Shown here: piece by piece, positions 1 through 12,398 of the stretch
Numbering within the stretch: the first letter of the stretch is position 1
How the letters are laid out: every line of letters begins with the position of its first letter
From: Narcine bancroftii
Taxonomy: Eukaryota
Assembly (NCBI RefSeq): GCF_036971445.1
Contig: NC_091478.1
Span: 19,220,001 to 19,283,875 of the forward strand
Direction of reading: 5' to 3'
Length of the DNA stretch: 63,875 bases
Translations under genes and position numbers: made by a program
The notes under the pieces: model-generated
What the model was told of the DNA's origin: nothing
Databases searched by the model: none
Seen by the model: the letters and a program-made list of their open reading frames with translations, nothing else

Positions 1-785
1 AATGTAAGGCAAAATAATCTACTTTCTGCTGCCTCCCTCCCTTTTTAAATAGCAGAGGGGCCTTTGCAATTTTCCAGTTCTCTGGAGCCATGATTCTTGG
101 AAGATCCTTACTAATTCCTCAACAATCTCTCTAGCTACTTCTTTCGAACCACTGGGTGCATTCCATCTGGTCTGGGAGACTTAACTACTCTTAGACCTTT
201 CAGCTTCACAAACACCTACACTCTGGTGCTCATGACTGCCCTCCCCTGACCCCCCCTTAAAAGTCCACTATACAGCTATCTTCAACAGCGAAGACTAATG
301 CAAAATACTCATTCAGTTCCTCTGCCATTACAATTTCTCCATTGTCATTTCCTATCAGTCCTATATCTACTCTTGCATCTTTTTTACTCTTAATATAGTT
401 AAAAAAGCATTTAGTATACTTTTTGATATTATTTGCTCGCTTCATTTCCAAATTAATCTTTTTCTTCCTAATGACTTTCTTAGATGCCTTCTATATACTT
501 TGTAAAAGTTTCCCAGTCCCCTATCTTCCCATTAATTTTTGCTTCCTTGTATGGCCTTTCTTTTGCTTTTCCTTTGGCTTTGTATTTTCACTTTCCCATT
601 CAAATATTTATTCTGTTTTGAAATATGCCTGTCCTGGCACAGGAAGTCCAGCCATTACTCTCTGCCATCCTCACTGCAAGTGTGCCTTTCAAATTAGCTT
701 TTGTCAGTTCCTCTCTCATACTTCTGTAGTCCCCTTTATTCCACTGGTATATAGACACCTCTGATTTTAGTTTATCCCTCTCAGA

Positions 786-1173
786 TAACCATAACCATAT
801 AACCATTTACGGAGCGGAAACAGGCCATGTTGGCCTTTCGAGTCCGCACCGGTTCACTGATTTTGTGCGCCCTCTTCAGGCATTGATCCCGGTAGATCTT
901 CATTCAATAACGATGGGCGAATTCAATGCAGATGGAATCAGTCGTGGAAGCTTAAAATGTTCTCTCTTGGACACAGGCAAATTCTAAGCTTTCCATTCTT
1001 TTTGTCCACAACGACGAGTGAACTCACCGACTCCATTTGATCATCTATCTTCTGAATCACGTCCAGGCTTTCCATCCTGTCCAATTCTGCCTTTGGTTGC
1101 TTTTGAAGTGCAAATGGAACTTTTCTGCATGGATGTATTATCGGTGGCACACGTTTATCCACTCTGATCGTGT
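786..1173 (-). mobile_element. Composite insertion: Gypsy RT fragment (~944-1173) fused to a ~155-bp element with a CR1-type GGTTATAT tail (786-943)
   Basis: HTIRVDKRVPPIIHPCRKVPFALQKQ..AELDRMESLDVIQKID..SSLVVVDKKNGKLRICL followed by REHFKLP is the N-terminus of a Gypsy RT. The host CR1 is collinear on both sides of the block. Confidence 0.75.
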
Positions 1174-1851
1174 GGTAGGGCAAATTCTATCATTTTGTAA
1201 TCACTGCCTTCTTTTCCTTCAGCTCCCTTATCAACTCTGGTTCGTTACACGATACCCACTCCTAAATTGCCATGTAGGCTCAAACACAAGGTGTTCGAAG
1301 ACGCCACCCTGAAGACATTCAATAAATTCTTTCTCTTGGGATTTAGGACCAAGCTGGTTTTCCCAGTCCACCTGCACATTGAGATTCCCCCATGACTAAT
1401 GTAACATTGCCCTTTTTGCACGCCTTCTCTATTTCCCTCTGTAGTTTGCACACCACATCCTGGCAACTGTTGGGAGGCCTGTTCATTACTCCCATCAGGG
1501 TATTTTTACCCTTACTGTTTCTTAATCCTACCCAAGGGATTTTATATCTTCCAATTCAAAGTCTCCAAAGGCTGAATTCCATTTTTAACCAACACAATCA
1601 CCCCAACCCCTCTGTCTACCTTCCTGTCCTTCTGATACACTGTGTATCCAAGGATATTTAGTTCCTGCTGTGGTCACCTTCCAGCCACACTCTGTGATGG
1701 CCACAATGTCATACTGGCCAACTTCCAGCTGCTCTACAAGATCATCAACCTTATTACTTATACTGTGGGCATTTAACTACAAAACCTACAGTCTTGTATT
1801 CACCACCTTTTTCAATTTGTTTCCAAAATAACCCAGTAAATTCTTCATCTT

Positions 1852-2125
1852 TGTGGTGCGCTGAGGTAGCAGCACAAAACTCGAAAGACTGTATCCCAGG
1901 CTGTATTCCAGTAAAAGTCTGCAATTCATGCCTTGGTGGCTCCCCATGTGACTACCTCAGGAGGGGCCGGCTCAGGTCTATATTCGGGTCAGCTGATTGA
2001 CAGCCAAGTGGAGTCAGCCCCCTAGGGAATCTATTCAGCTTGGCTGATTGATAGCCGGCCAGGTGAAGTCAGCCCCTTAGGTGGTCTTCCTGCAGCTACA
2101 GTAGGTTGGTGGTCGTATCATCACA
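1852..2125. mobile_element. Solo LTR (274 bp) with 5-bp TSD ATCTT
   Basis: TGTG...CACA termini; ATCTT at 1847-1851 and 2126-2130; internal direct repeat GCTGATTGA..AGCC..GTG.AGTCAGCCCC (x2). Confidence 0.8.
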
Positions 2126-5059
2126 ATCTTACACTTGTATTTTTGTCCCATTGATTTCGTATCCTTCCCCACAACACAATGTGTCTGCCCTATTCACTGC
2201 CCTCTCATTTTGGTTCCCATCCCCCTGCCAAACTAGTTTAAACCCTCCCCAAGAATTCCAGAAAACCATGTCACCAGGGTATTAGTCCCTCTCCTATTCA
2301 GGTGCAAGCCGTCATTTTGGTACAGGTCATACTTTCCCCAGAAGAGATCCCAATGATCCAGGAATCTGAATCCCTGCCTCTGCATGAGCCCTTCAGCCAT
2401 AATTTCCTATTCCTGCCTTCAATGGTGCACGGCACTGGTAGCAATCCAGAGATGACCACACTTGAGATCCTATTTTTTTTTAGCTTCTCTTTATTTCCTC
2501 TTCAAGACCTCATCCTTTTTCCTCTCCATGTCATTGGTACCAACATGAACCATGACTTTTGACTGCTCACCCTCTGTTTGGGAATGTGGTGGACTTGATT
2601 TGTCATACTCCTGACCCTGGTATCTGGGAGACAATATACCATCTGGAAGTGTCAATCTTATTCACAGAAACTCCTAACTATCCCCCTATTGAAAACCTTA
2701 TCACTATTGTTCTCCTTCTCCCCTTCCCTTCTGAGCCAAAGGGCCAGACTCTGTGCCAGAGACCTGATCACAATAACTTGTCACAGGTAAATCATTTCTC
2801 CCCCCCGACCCACAAAAGTATCCAGAACAGTATACTTATTGTTGAGTGGTCCGTCCACAGGGGTGCCCTGCACTGATTGTCTCTACCCCTTCCCTCTCCT
2901 AACAGTTACCTGTCTCTTGCTTTTTGGGCGTAATTGACTCCTTATCGCTTCTGCCTATCTCCCTCCCAAATGATCCAGAGTTCATCCAGCTCCAGGTTCA
3001 GTTCCCTAACATGCTCTGAAAGAAGCTGTGTGCTATCCCAGATTTTCCACATGCTGCAATCGGAGCATACCACTTCCCTGGCTGCCATCGCCACTACCTA
3101 CCCTGAGTTATTAAGTAAAGATCTTAACGGACCTTATCTGTACCTGTAGCACATCCTCAGCCTCTGCTCGTCGAAGCCTCTCGAGACAAAGCCTCTAATT
3201 CTCCATTCCTACACTGGCCACTCCAACAATGAGCCTCCTTCACTTTCATTTATTCCTGCTAATGAATCGCAATTTGATTGGACTGCAAAGCGCCAAGTCC
3301 TGTGAACGCTCCTTTTTAATTTCTTCTGCCCGGCCTGTGCGTCTCTGTCTCTCCTTGTGAATCGATTGGTCTTTCTTGATCACCATTTCAATGCACCTCT
3401 GGTGTGTTTTGTACTTTATTTTAATCAGAATCTACCAAATACACAGCAGAATCCAATTAATTCTTGTTCATTCAGTAATATGGAGGATCTAGTGAAGAGA
3501 TGTGCATTTTTCCCCCAAATTCTGTGAATTTAACCGCAGAATTTTTTTTAAATTAGCTAGTTATTTTTTAGGACTCGCCAAAGATTTGCCACCACCATAT
3601 AGTGAGGTTCTCTGCAGTGATGATATGGAACTAACAAAGACTAAAGTCAAGAATAAAATCAGAACCAGGAGTGCTCCTGCATGCTGGTACAAATGGAGGG
3701 CCGGTTTTGATTAACCATCATCTTGTACTATAAAGTCAAAGGTGTGCAAAGACGATTTGACCACTTTAGGAGGGCACTTCAAAGAGAGACACATTATCTA
3801 CATTCACACATGTTCTTACTGTGCATAATGCTTATTGGCAGGGATTCTCCCACTCCTTCAACACGCCCTGCCCTGAGTCCCTTCACTTCCAGCACATACC
3901 AAATCCAAGAAAATCAATGGGCTTCCAGAACTTAAACCCATCCGCCTCCAGAAACCACCAACCTTCCAATCACATAGAACTATGATTTTAATTGCAACCA
4001 TACATTTGTAGCAACCATCGCAATTCCTAAACTAAACCCAATTAACTCCACAAATAAAAGTTTTAAATAAAGCAAGTTAAAAGTCCAATTGCTCTGATAT
4101 TAAATGGCACGTTAAAACTTTAATTGAAATGCATTCTCTGCACATTCCTTTGCAATTGGACAGCAGCCACACTGCACCTCAGAACCAGTGAGGATTTAAA
4201 CACTGTTACAAATATCCTGAGGATGTGGGCAGATCTGTACTTCACACCCTGGCAACTCCACCCCCATACATTCATTCCTTAACTGCTTGAGCCCCATTTC
4301 GAAGTGTACAAGGAATCCCAAAGAACCTTCCAGTTTTCCAGTTGATTCCTGACTCGGTGCCTAGCCCTCAGCAACACAGAACCCCTCAACCATTACATGC
4401 CCAGTCCTTCCCACAGCATCACTAAGTACATGGACTCTGTCAGCCCTGTATTCTGGTTGACTCAGTGGCACCAAAAAGAGCACTCATAAAAGGCACAGCA
4501 GAATAGAAAGAGGGATGATTTATTTTTTAGCAACTGTAGAACTTGTCACAGGAATGAATAACAAAATGATTATCAGATTGGCATACCAAAACAACAGAAA
4601 CTCTTTCAGTAGCGGAAGATTTAAAATCCTGAATACTTGCCAAGAAAATCGATGACAGAACCGTTCAATGAAAATAATTTCTCACAGTCATTCCTAAAGA
4701 AAAATAATAATTTGGCAAATCCCAACCAAATTTGTAATGTTAGCCTGAAAATAAAATACATGAACTCTCAGGGACAAATGAGCCCCCACGTCAGATCTTT
4801 GTTTTACCTCCAAAGCTTTCCAATGTTACACAAAAGAGAGCGCAAGACATTCAGAGCAAAGTAGAAAGTTGGGAATCAGATAGATACCTCACAAACTGGG
4901 GGTCAATGTTAGTAGAGGAATATGGGGGATACAGGTGTTTTCTTGATTAACATGATTCTGTTTAACCAGTTGTTTTTTAACCATTTTTTCCCCCACTCAC
5001 ATGCCACCTTAAGTAGTCCCTTACTAACCACAGAGCACCTATGGCATAGACCCTTTATG

Positions 5060-6210
5060 GAAATCTCTAATTAACCCAGAGGGTGGTGGGGGCAATATGG
5101 AATGAGTTGCCAGAGGAAGTGATATAACCAGGGACAATTGTAATGTTCATGTAAAACATTTAGACAGGTTCATGAATAGGAAAGATTGAGAGGGATAAGA
5201 GCTGAAATACAACCAGAGGGGTCTAGCTTGGTTTGGCATGGAGAGGTTGGGGTGAAAGGTTTGATTCTATGCTGTAAAAGTCCATGACTAATTAAGTGGC
5301 ATTGTGTCCAATCTTTGTTGGAGTCTTCTTTACATTTTATGCCCTCTCTTCCACTAAGTGCACCATTGTTAACCATTCCAAAGCAATTAATAAAATCAGT
5401 GAACTGATTTGTGCATAGTTTTTTTTCCCGGGGTGAGACTAGCAAACACCTGTGCAAGGTGAGGGAAGGAAAGGAGAATGTTTTTTTACGCAGAGAGTAG
5501 TGGGTGCCTGGAATACATTCCAAAGGGTGGTGGTGGAGGCTGGTACAATGGGGGCATTTAAAAGACTCTTAGACAGTCCCATGAATGCATGAAAAATAGA
5601 GGGTTATGGGTGTGAGGTAGCGAATGTATAGTTAGTTGAGAAGGATTCTATAGGTCAGCACAACCTCATGGGCCTGTACTGTAGTGTGAAGTTCTATGTT
5701 CTAAAGTTTTTTTAAAAATAAACTTAGCTATTGCTAAACAAGTTTCCTGGTTCCAAAAACTCCAAGTTATTACTTATGATTTATCACTCCTGCAATATTA
5801 CATCAAAATCCCATGCTTTAAAATATACAAAACAGTTCATATTTTCTTTCTTTCGCATTTACTTTTATTTTATTCTCTACCTTAATCCCATGTATATGAT
5901 TTATTTTACCATAGAACATTACAGCACAGAAAACATTTGGCCCCTCTAGTCTATGCCAAACTATTATTCTGCCTAGTCCCACAGACCTGCACCCAGACAA
6001 TATCCCTCCATACACCATCCAACCATGTACCTGTCCAAACTTTTCTTAAATGTTAAAATTGAGCCCGTATTTACCACTTCAGCTCATTCCACTCTTCCAC
6101 TACTCTCCATGTGAAGATCCCCTAATGTTCTCCTTCAACTTTTCACCCTTAACCCATGTTTCTATTTCACCAAATCTCAGTGGAAAAACCTTCTTGAATT
6201 TATCTATACC
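5060..6210. mobile_element. Cluster of CR1 3'-end fragments (plus ~5060-5290 and ~5470-5705; minus ~5910-6210)
   Basis: Typical CR1 3' text (tttttacgcagagagtagtgggtgcctggaat..gtggtggaggc..atttaaaagactcttagacag) and tails such as ttctatgttcta. Confidence 0.6.
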
Positions 6211-9200
6211 CCCAAGTCTAATAAGTTATAAAAATGGCTCCTTAGCTCATTTCATGTGAGGTAAGCTGCTCAATCAATTTAAAGGCATTACTGGGGGATG
6301 TGACACATGTCCCCAACATTGAAAATCCACACCACAAAGACCATTTTATCTCCTTGCACTGTCCTTCAATCAATATGTAGAACATCTAGGTCAATAATCA
6401 TTAGCTGTGGTACTAGAATGGAAGTTTGGAGCAAATACCAGATTCCATTGCATTAAGATCTTGGTCTATTAGAAAGCATTTCTTCTTCCTCTTTGGGTCA
6501 TTCCGAAGCATGTATGTATAGCACCATAACTCAAGAGTTGAGTCTTGACACAGGTATTCAAGGACATCATGTGGCATGACACATATTCCAAATTACCATT
6601 TCACAATGAAACAAGTTAATTTGGCCAAAATAAAATGCCTCAGACTGCCAGCAGTTATTTTTTTAAATTTTATTCATGATAATCACGTATCACCCGACAA
6701 CTAGCTCATACCAGCAGCAAACAAAGGAAACAGAGTCCAGTTTGTCAGTCAAAACATGTATCCACAGAGCTACTTTGCCACCAGTTGAACCGCATTATAA
6801 TATTTGATTAATCATAGATCCACACTGTTTTCAGATTAATACCTATCATACTTTGGTGAATTCAAATATCATCAAATGCTGAGTGCTCTCTGATTTTGGT
6901 TTACAATTAAAACACTCCATGCATGACATTCTGGAAGGGAAGAGCACTGCAGCGAGATTTGTCCTCAAATTAATGAGCAAGGCTCTTGAGTCCAGCAGTT
7001 TTGATCTGGTTCTAGAACCACCTTTCTTTTAGTAACTTTATACAGGGGCACGACGTTCACTTGACGTCTTTCATCAATAATGATGAAACTGATGAATCAT
7101 AGCTGAGGCATCTCAGCTTCTAGACTCTCTTCATTTCAGTTACGGTATATGCTGCACAGATCTCTGTGGGGAATATAGCTCCTGTGGAATACATCATACA
7201 TTTCTTTCATATTTGTTCATAAATTCCATTAACAAACACAAACACATAATTCAATAGTTTGAAAATCAAATCTCTTGTGTTTATTTAGCAATAGATGAGA
7301 GGGGAAGGAAAGAAATAATTTATGTAGATGGAATAGAATAGTCAGAGGTGCATCTGCGAGAGGCACCAACTGCACTGCATATGTTATAAAAGATGGCGAT
7401 ATTTGTATCTATTAGCTAAACCATTTCCATTTTGCAGTTGTATATTTCTGCAAAACCATGAAAAATCCATGTGGCGGTAATCTGCATGATAAAGGTTGTT
7501 AAGAGTATGTCTTTGGAATAAGATGGGATAAAGACCCTGATTGCACAGCTCCAAATAGGGACATTTGATGTACGATTAGGATGATTTGTCTTTAAACATT
7601 CTTGCCTCTTTGCTCACCAGGCTTTAAACAAAGAGCCTCTGAATCCTCTATTGTTAAAATTGGTTCCAAGAAGATTCTGCTTTCTGCCAAGCAACTTCTA
7701 GTCAGTAACTTCCTGGACTTTCTCAACTCTCTATCAAGCCCATGTCTGTTCCAGCACAAAAAGCAAAGAATATTTATATATTGTGTTACATGACTGATTT
7801 CTCAGCTCTAGCCTCTAACATCTGCTTCCTTCATGTGCCAACAGTTCATAAAACCATTGAGATTTATATTGGAAAAGAGACCATTTAACCCATTGTATTC
7901 ATATGTCAGAAAGAGGCATTTATGCCTCAGTTCATGTAGGTAGCCCTGTAAAATAAACCACCTCACATGTTGAACTGGGTATTTTTTTAAATGATAAAGG
8001 GATTTTTTTTTGGAATTCCCATCCAACCATTCTTTCAACAGTAGCATTCTTATCAATTTTCTCTAAATCCAACCAGTAAAGTTAAATTACAGCTTCTAAT
8101 CTCGTTTATTTTAATTCTTCATTCAGTGAAATGTCATCCTTTGACCCCCTTTATTCTGAAGTAAGCAATCAATCAACCTTTCCTCATAAATAACAATGAC
8201 AAGTCAGTCACAGTCATAGTGAATTTTAAAGGCACCTTCTCAGATGTAATTGCATCCTTCCCCTGATGTGGCTTAACTAGCATTTTATGCAGTTCCAGCG
8301 TCATTCTCGGCTTTTATATTTGATAAATACAGATCTCCCATTGGTTTTTAACCATTTTATCTATTCTGCAGCTTTCAGGAGGTGTAGCTATGTATTACAT
8401 ATTCTCTCTGCTCCTCTATATTGTTCAGTTCCTATCTATTGAGGATTCACTTCCCAAATCCATGACCTAAAACTTCTCTAGAATGGATTAGACTACTTCT
8501 GAGCTGATCTAACGAGTCCCTTGATGTCTATGTGCAGTCTAAAACATTCTTCCTTGTGGTTAACCACACTTCCAATTTTAGGACCATCTGCAGATCTCTT
8601 AATCATGGTTCTGACATCCAAAGAAGGCTAGAAACTTAGTATTAAGTCCTTTAGAGAACCACTGTGTCCAGGAAATCACCCAAACTCCAATTGATATTTT
8701 ACTTGTCAAAGAGCCAACTTGTAACTTTCCCTTGGACTTTCTAGGTTTTAACTTTTTTTGATGAATCAGCCAAGTGGGCCTCATCAAAGGTCTTGTTAAA
8801 TTTAAGTACGTTAAAATAAATCCATCATTACCATTATGAATTTTAACTGCACCTTCTTAGATTTAATCACCTTCTTTTAACAACCCTGCTTCTTGTCCCA
8901 ATAGCAATGCTATTATTGCAATCTAATGTGGACCAGATCAGGGGTAAACCTAGCACCCTTCTACTTCACCTTGAGACGGCTGCAGAATTTCATCTTAGGT
9001 TCCAGGCTGACTTTCCAATGCAGATTGGAGTTAAACCTTTACTTCTTTTGGAAGCTGCGCGTGAGTTTCTCCAGCATTTTGTGCATGGCATTCCAATGCA
9101 GTTCTAAGGCACTGCTACATTCAAAGTGCTGTCCTTCAAATATTAACCATGGAGCATCATCTGCCAGTTGAGCCAGACTTCGCTACTGGCCCTGTTTATA

Positions 9201-9924
9201 TTACTACAAAGGAGTCACTCCCTTCATTGATAGGATTTTGCTGTCCACAAATAGCTGCAATTTTGGGGTATAACACAATTAATTGGGAGGCCTCAGCTAA
9301 ACTTCCAAGAAACATAGTACAGCGCACCATGAACAGGGCTCTTCTTGCATGTTCGATCTAATTGTTCATTGATAGAATTAAGTTCACTGCATCCAATCTG
9401 AAGCACCAACTTTAAACAGTTCTCACACACTTAAACCCCCCCCCCCCCGTTGACCTCACCCTAATCAAATAACATTATTTATCACCTCTTTTGCACTTAA
9501 CAAATCTAATGCTAGTCTGAATTTTTTGATCTGCAATTTTTTTTTAAAACCTCAGTAAAATAGGACAATGGATCCCCAGTTGAAGTTTCAACAGCCCCTT
9601 CCAACCCTCCATTCCCGCAGGCAGAGCTTCCTCCAATGAGGAGACAGCAACAATCGCACATATTAAAATTACAGTTGCTTTAAAGCAAATTGAGGAATCA
9701 TTTCACCCCATGAAGGTGGTAGAAATATAGAAAAAAGCCCAAATGTATTGGAGGAACTCAACGGCTCACACCATGTCAACAGGAATTCAAAATATAGAAC
9801 TGACATTTCAGGGCCTGGGTCCTTCTTCAAGGTAGCAGCACCTTACATGAATGAGCAATATAAAATTCTCTTTTTTCACTCTCTTGGCCAAAAGACAGTA
9901 GATTCCATGTAGGTAAAACATGAA

Positions 9925-10450
9925 AGTCTGCCGACAATGTGGTTGAAGTAAAATCACAACGCTGGAGAAACTCAGCAGGTCAAACAAGGTACTTTATATA
10001 GCAAAGATACATAACCAATGTTTTGGACTTGGACAAAAATGTGAGTAGGCACTCGAACAAAATGGTGGGAGGGGGAGGAGGGGCAGGGGAGGAGCACAAT
10101 CTCAAAGGCAAAAGGTAATAGGTGGATAAGGGAGAGAGGGCTCTCCAGCAAGCAGGGGGAGGAGGGATGGCTCTGTGAATTGAGAGGGAAGGAGGTGGAG
10201 AGCTGGAAGAAAGAAGACAGGGGAAAAGGGATGGAGAGCAGAGAGTAAGGTAGCAGAGACTGGAGAGTTGATGTTAATGTCATCCAGTTAGGTAGTGCCC
10301 AGACGTAAAATCAAGTGTTGTTCCTCCAATTTTTGGGTGGTCTTGGTGGGATAGTACATGAGGCCATGGGCAGAGATGTGAGCATGGGAGTGGGACTTGG
10401 AATTTAAATGGTTGGCCACTGGGAGCTCCCTGTCATTGATGCAGACAGTG
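9925..10450 (-). mobile_element. Penelope-like element 3' fragment and terminal repeat
   Basis: Antisense of a KLEEQHLI..LG..LDDININ motif (end of the PLE GIY-YIG region) followed by the ctgctgagtttctccagc terminal repeat. Confidence 0.6.
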
Positions 10451-12285
10451 AAGATTCCAAAGAATTGTAGCTTTCAAGACCAGAATCAATAGTTCAGGTA
10501 AGCTATCAAAAATCTGAAACTAATGTGGAGAAATTGTTTTTACTTTGGGGTCAGCCTTCGTCTAATATGCGGAGAAGCTAAATGACCTGTTAGGAACAAT
10601 GCTCTAGCTAAATAGGAACTTGCTGCCCTCTAGAATTCGGTTAGTTCTTGATCCCACACCCACCTGATTCACTATTGGAGGCAAACATTTCAACCACTCT
10701 CCTGGCAAGTTCAACCTCAATTATCCTGCATCCTCAGCACCTCCTCTTTCTCCTACCTGCCTTGGCCTGAAAATCCTCCTCAAGACCTTTGTCTTTTGGC
10801 TACCTGATGGTTTAGCTTCTCAACTTGTGCATGCCATCAAGAACCCTGAAAATATTCAGACTTGTCTTTCTACATGTGAGAGGCAGCAGGGAAAAGGCTG
10901 AATTGTTAGTCCACATCAAGTCAAAGGCAGGGTTGAATTTCATTCTAATTCACACGTTGAAATACACAACATTTTCAGAGAGAAAAAGAGGGAAATGGCT
11001 AAATGCCTGGAACTAGATTTTCTGTGCTGTTCGCCCAAAGTGCAGCTATTTTCACATGTATTTATTCCATAGCATAACTAACCTTGCAACAAAACATATT
11101 CGACTTAACATGGGAGACGGCAGATACTGAAATCTGGGCAAAACCCTTTCATTAGGACGTTCCCAATGGCAACATCCCCAAAGCTGGGAAAAGATTCCAG
11201 CCCGAAAGGTTAACGATATCTTGAACAAGGCCTCAGTCCTGAAACATTGGTTGTATAGGATATAGACTAACCTCCCGGACGCTGCAAGACCTGATGAGCT
11301 CCTCCAGCAATTTTCTGGGTTTTTTTTCCCCCTCTAAGACAAGAGATTGCAGACTTTCGCGTTTCTTTTAAACTGATGCCACTGAGTTGCTCCAGAATAG
11401 TCTTGGATATTCGATTCAACGTCAAATTCAGCTCCAAAGTAAAGCAGACGGTCGATTTTGGCCGCATCGTCACTCGTTAACGTTACACCCGAATCCTCTC
11501 CTCCTCAACCAGACTCGTCCACCAAACTTCCCTCATATTGTACCGCCCCCCCCCCTCGCCACGTTATCTAGGGTCAAACCGAGTTACCCTCCCTACGCCC
11601 ATCGAACACCCCCGCAATGTCAATCAGACTAGAATGGATTCGATGGCACGAAAGTCTGACTGATGAGAATCAAAGTATTAACTCGTCAGGTGCACGTTCG
11701 AATCCGACAAACGAGGCAAAACCACGGCATTTCAGAGAGTTCGGCGAGAGGCAAAATATGACTCAAGTTTTCAGTTGTCCGAATCTTCCGCTAAACAGAT
11801 AAAAAGTTTGTTAAACGCAAGAACTGCAGACGCTGGGAGTTTTGAGCCAACAATGAGGTGCCGGAAGATCTCAACGGCTCAGTCAGTGTCCGGGTGGAGA
11901 AATGGTCAGTCAACGTTTCGGGTGTGGGCAACCCTTTTATAGAGAGTCGCACCTCTACCCACGGATGCTGCCTGAACCCCCCCCCCCCCCCAGTTCTTCC
12001 GGCAGCTCACTGTTAGTAGATCGGCGCAAAGGGCATACCAACACACCTTACCCCGTGTTGAGACACCGCATTAGCATTGGGTCGATCCGATACCAATTGA
12101 TTGATCCTGGTCAACAGATAGTCTCGGGCCGGGCGAGTGGTTACTCGTCCTACTTTGGGGTTGAAAGGAATCGGGAAAGGGTGGGCAGACCGAGTGGCTG
12201 GGACCTAGAGAGGACTCTTGATATGAACCGGTTGCGTTGTGTCTCGGGGTGATAGCTACCGTCTGGATGACCAACAGACTTTAAT

Positions 12286-12319
12286 GCAAAATAAAAAACA
12301 CAACATTTTCCTTTTTATT
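12286..12319 (-). terminator. Candidate polyadenylation signal for ADRA2A (AATAAA 12319-12314 plus downstream GU/U-rich element)
   Basis: Minus-strand AATAAA ~80 nt after the stop codon, followed by TGTTGTGTTTTTTATTTT. Confidence 0.5.
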
Positions 12320-12398
12320 CAGCAAACTCACATTATTAAACAATAAAGAAAGTTCGAGGAGAAAGGGCCCACACCCCCTCTCTCTGCATGAGCATAGT

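Larger units (their letters stand above)
1..3400 (-). mobile_element. Degenerate CR1-clade LINE, 5' half (5' UTR, ORF1 remnants, ORF2 APE region), interrupted by two insertions
   Basis: Minus-strand peptides typical of CR1 ORF2: FFNYIKSKK..AEELNEYFALVFAVED, QWNKGDYRSMREEL, SDYKMIEF, NKVDDLVEQLEVGQYDIVAITE. ORF1-like remnants at ~2150-3100. Many stops and frameshifts. Confidence 0.75.
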
